A DNA stretch of 64,000 nt from Candidatus Pelethousia sp. (GTDB taxonomy: Bacteria > Bacillota > Clostridia > Christensenellales > CAG-138), in the NCBI GenBank assembly GCA_034933245.1, contig JAYFNX010000013.1, positions 939 to 64,938 on the forward strand, written 5' to 3'. Within the stretch, counting starts at the first letter, position 1; each line of letters begins with the position of its first letter. Position numbers and translations under genes: made by a program. The notes below the pieces were generated by a model. The model ran no database searches. It was not told the DNA's origin and was given only the letters and a program-made list of their open reading frames with translations. Shown piece by piece: positions 62,083-64,000 of this stretch.

Positions 62083-64000
62083 ATGAATACTGATATGGAC
62101 ACCATCGGCACACGGCAGGCGGCGGTTTTAACGGCGCAGCCCCCGCAGCCAGTCAAGCCCCTTGTGCTGACCGGGCAAAACAGCGCGGAGCGCATGAAAG
62201 AAATCACCGATAAGCTGGAAGCTGGTATACAGGCTGTTTTCGACGGCGAACAATATGCGGCCTATCTGAAAGCCATGTCCAAATTCCATAATTACAGCTT
62301 TAACAACACCCTACTTATCGTCATGCAGAAGCCGGACGCTTCCCTGATCGCGGGCTTTTCCACATGGAAAAACGAGTTTGAGCGCAGCGTTAAAAAGGGT
62401 GAAAAGGGCATCAAGATACTGGCCCCCACGCCGTTTAAGGTGAAAAAGGAAATGGAGCGCATCGACCCGCAGACGCAGCGCCCCGTCACCGGCAGGGACG
62501 GCAAGCCCGTCACCGAGGAAGTGGAAGTCACAATACCGGCTTTCAAGCCCGTGACGGTGTTTGACGTGTCGCAGACCGAAGGAAAGGAACTCCCGGATAT
62601 TGCCGTTGACGCACTTACCGGCGACGTGGATCAGTACAAGAACTTCTTTGCCGCACTCGAAAAAACGTCGCCTGTGCCGATCGGCTTTGAACAGATCGAC
62701 AGCGGCGCAAACGGATACTATCACCATGAGGACAGGCGCATTGCCATCCAAGAGGGCATGAGCGAATTGCAGACGGTCAAGACCGCCATCCATGAAATCG
62801 CCCATGCGAAGCTGCACGCGATTGACAAGGACGCACCGGAGGAAGAACAGCCCAAGGTTGACCGGCACACCCGCGAGGTACAGGCCGAGAGCGTGGCCTA
62901 TACCGTCTGCCAGCATTACGGGCTGGACACGTCGGACTATTCTTTCGGCTATATCGCCGGATGGAGCAGCGGCAAGGAAATCGCGGAACTGAAAGCGTCC
63001 CTTTCAACGATCCGCACAGCCGCCAGCGAATTGATAACCAAGATCGACGGCCATTTCGCAGAGCTTCAGCAGCAGCGGGAGGCCGCAACGCCCGTTATGG
63101 ACAAGGCTAGCCCGGAGCAGCGGCAGGCGCTTGATAATGAGGTGCGTCAAACGCTGCAAATGTTCGTTGATGCCGATATGAAAAACCACGGCCAACTTAC
63201 GCAGGGAACCCTTGCCGCTATTGCCACGCAGGGCTACGCTTACCAAGACGGCCAACTTGTAAAGGAGCAGGCCGCGCCGCTGATCGACATGCCGGAAGTG
63301 ATTGCAGCCGACGTTTTTGACCTCATGCGGGACTTTGACCCGGAGTTTATGCAGAAGTACGCCGACCGGCGGGATGAACAGGTCTCGGCCACGCTGTACG
63401 ATATTCAAAACGGCAACACGATACCCATTGAGGGGACGCTACGTTACATCAGCCAGGACGAGAACACCCCCGCATCCGTCCGCGCCCGTGCCGACGATCT
63501 CATGCGGCGTATAGACAATTACAAGGAACTGAACAACACTTTTTCCATCTATCAGATCAAAGGCGGCAAAGAAACGCGCCCATACCGTTTTGAACCGCTC
63601 GACCGGCTGGAAATGGCCGGGTTGTCCGTGGACAAGGGCAACTACGATTTGGTCTATACCGCGCCGCTCTCCGACATCGACACGCTGGAAGACATCTACC
63701 GCCGCTTTAATAACGACCATCCGAAGGATTTTATGGGACATTCGCTTTCCGTGTCCGACGTTGTGGTACTCCGTCATGGCGACAGGCAGACCGCCCATTA
63801 CTGCGACAGTTACGGTTTCCGTGAAGTGCCGCAGTTTTTACAGGAACCGCAGCGGCAGCAGGAAAATCCTTTGAAAGCCGCCGAGCTTTCCACCGAGCAG
63901 AACGAGAACATGATTGACGGGCGTATCAACAATACGCCGTCCGTGGGAGAGCTGGAAGCCAAGGTCAAGGCCGGAGAAACAATCTCGCTTTCCGATCTTG
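62083..64000 (+). CDS. large polyvalent ICE protein: ArdC-like N-terminus (ssDNA-binding + HExxH metalloprotease) followed by a YodL-like region; 3' partial
   Basis: Absent from the ORF track because it has no stop in the window. ATG 62083 follows AAAGGAG. It reads MNTDMDTIG...FHNYSFNNTLLIVMQKPDASLIAGFSTWKNEF (ArdC_N-like), AIHEIAHAKLH, and later FSIYQIKGGKETRPYRFEPLDRL...HSLSVSDVVVL (YodL-like). The frame stays open to position 64000. Confidence 0.7.
   Translation, partial: MNTDMDTIGTRQAAVLTAQPPQPVKPLVLTGQNSAERMKEITDKLEAGIQAVFDGEQYAAYLKAMSKFHNYSFNNTLLIVMQKPDASLIAGFSTWKNEFERSVKKGEKGIKILAPTPFKVKKEMERIDPQTQRPVTGRDGKPVTEEVEVTIPAFKPVTVFDVSQTEGKELPDIAVDALTGDVDQYKNFFAALEKTSPVPIGFEQIDSGANGYYHHEDRRIAIQEGMSELQTVKTAIHEIAHAKLHAIDKDAPEEEQPKVDRHTREVQAESVAYTVCQHYGLDTSDYSFGYIAGWSSGKEIAELKASLSTIRTAASELITKIDGHFAELQQQREAATPVMDKASPEQRQALDNEVRQTLQMFVDADMKNHGQLTQGTLAAIATQGYAYQDGQLVKEQAAPLIDMPEVIAADVFDLMRDFDPEFMQKYADRRDEQVSATLYDIQNGNTIPIEGTLRYISQDENTPASVRARADDLMRRIDNYKELNNTFSIYQIKGGKETRPYRFEPLDRLEMAGLSVDKGNYDLVYTAPLSDIDTLEDIYRRFNNDHPKDFMGHSLSVSDVVVLRHGDRQTAHYCDSYGFREVPQFLQEPQRQQENPLKAAELSTEQNENMIDGRINNTPSVGELEAKVKAGETISLSDL

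Larger units (their letters stand above)
43134..64000 (+). mobile_element. ICE-B: Firmicutes MPF-FA-type integrative conjugative element (left end in the window, continues past 64000)
   Basis: It contains PcfB, T4CP, Maff2, TrbL-like, PrgI, VirB4, an NlpC/P60 hydrolase, DUF4315, DUF4366, TopB and an ArdC-like gene. The relaxase and integrase are not in the window. It carries two AT-rich cargo insertions. Confidence 0.75.

Overview
This is a high-GC window (spot counts of 60-nt lines give about 55-60 % GC) that looks like a Clostridia-type Firmicutes chromosome. All family assignments below come from motifs I recognise by eye. No BLAST, HMM or folding run was possible.

(1) 1-30.4 kb is host DNA. 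It is dominated by an anaerobic purine catabolism and salvage gene set: guanine deaminase, a MocA-like cytidylyltransferase, D-hydantoinase, adenine deaminase, a three-subunit xanthine-dehydrogenase-type molybdoenzyme, an 8-oxoguanine-deaminase-like amidohydrolase, xpt and guaA. It also carries an OadB/OadG-like pair, a BlaI/BlaR1-like pair and an NlpC/P60 hydrolase.

(2) 13.7-20.9 kb holds a tightly packed phage gene block on one strand. It encodes an N4-gp56-type capsid, a scaffold-like protein, BppU-like and fibre proteins, and a collagen-like fibre. It has no portal, terminase, integrase, lysis or regulatory genes.

(3) 30.4-64 kb is a pile-up of mobile elements at a tRNA-Ser(CGA) locus next to guaA. 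It contains:
- IS and integrase fragments.
- An attP-like junction with GGGCATCA arm repeats.
- A defective but probably mobilisable element A (about 31.8-42.9 kb). It has relaxase, MobC, a candidate oriT, ArdA and a Toprim primase-like gene, and its coupling protein is truncated and chimeric.
- A Firmicutes-type conjugative element, ICE-B (43.1 to beyond 64 kb). It has PcfB, T4CP, Maff2, TrbL-like, PrgI, VirB4, an NlpC/P60 hydrolase, TopB and an ArdC-like polyvalent protein.

Three sharply AT-rich cargo islands sit in the otherwise GC-rich ICE backbones:
- (a) An AAA ATPase plus S8 peptidase pair (IetAS-like, 38.8-42.3 kb).
- (b) A translationally coupled operon of HTH, SPPY methyltransferase, ABC-type ATPase with an unplaced N-terminal domain, and a PtuB-like HNH (43.3-46.9 kb).
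- (c) A single Toprim (OLD/AriB-like) gene wedged into the T4SS operon (55.2-56.4 kb).

Island (b) is my best candidate for an undescribed system. It looks like a Septu-like nuclease module hard-wired to a DNA methyltransferase. A paralogous uninterrupted junction elsewhere in this same window shows that it is an insertion.
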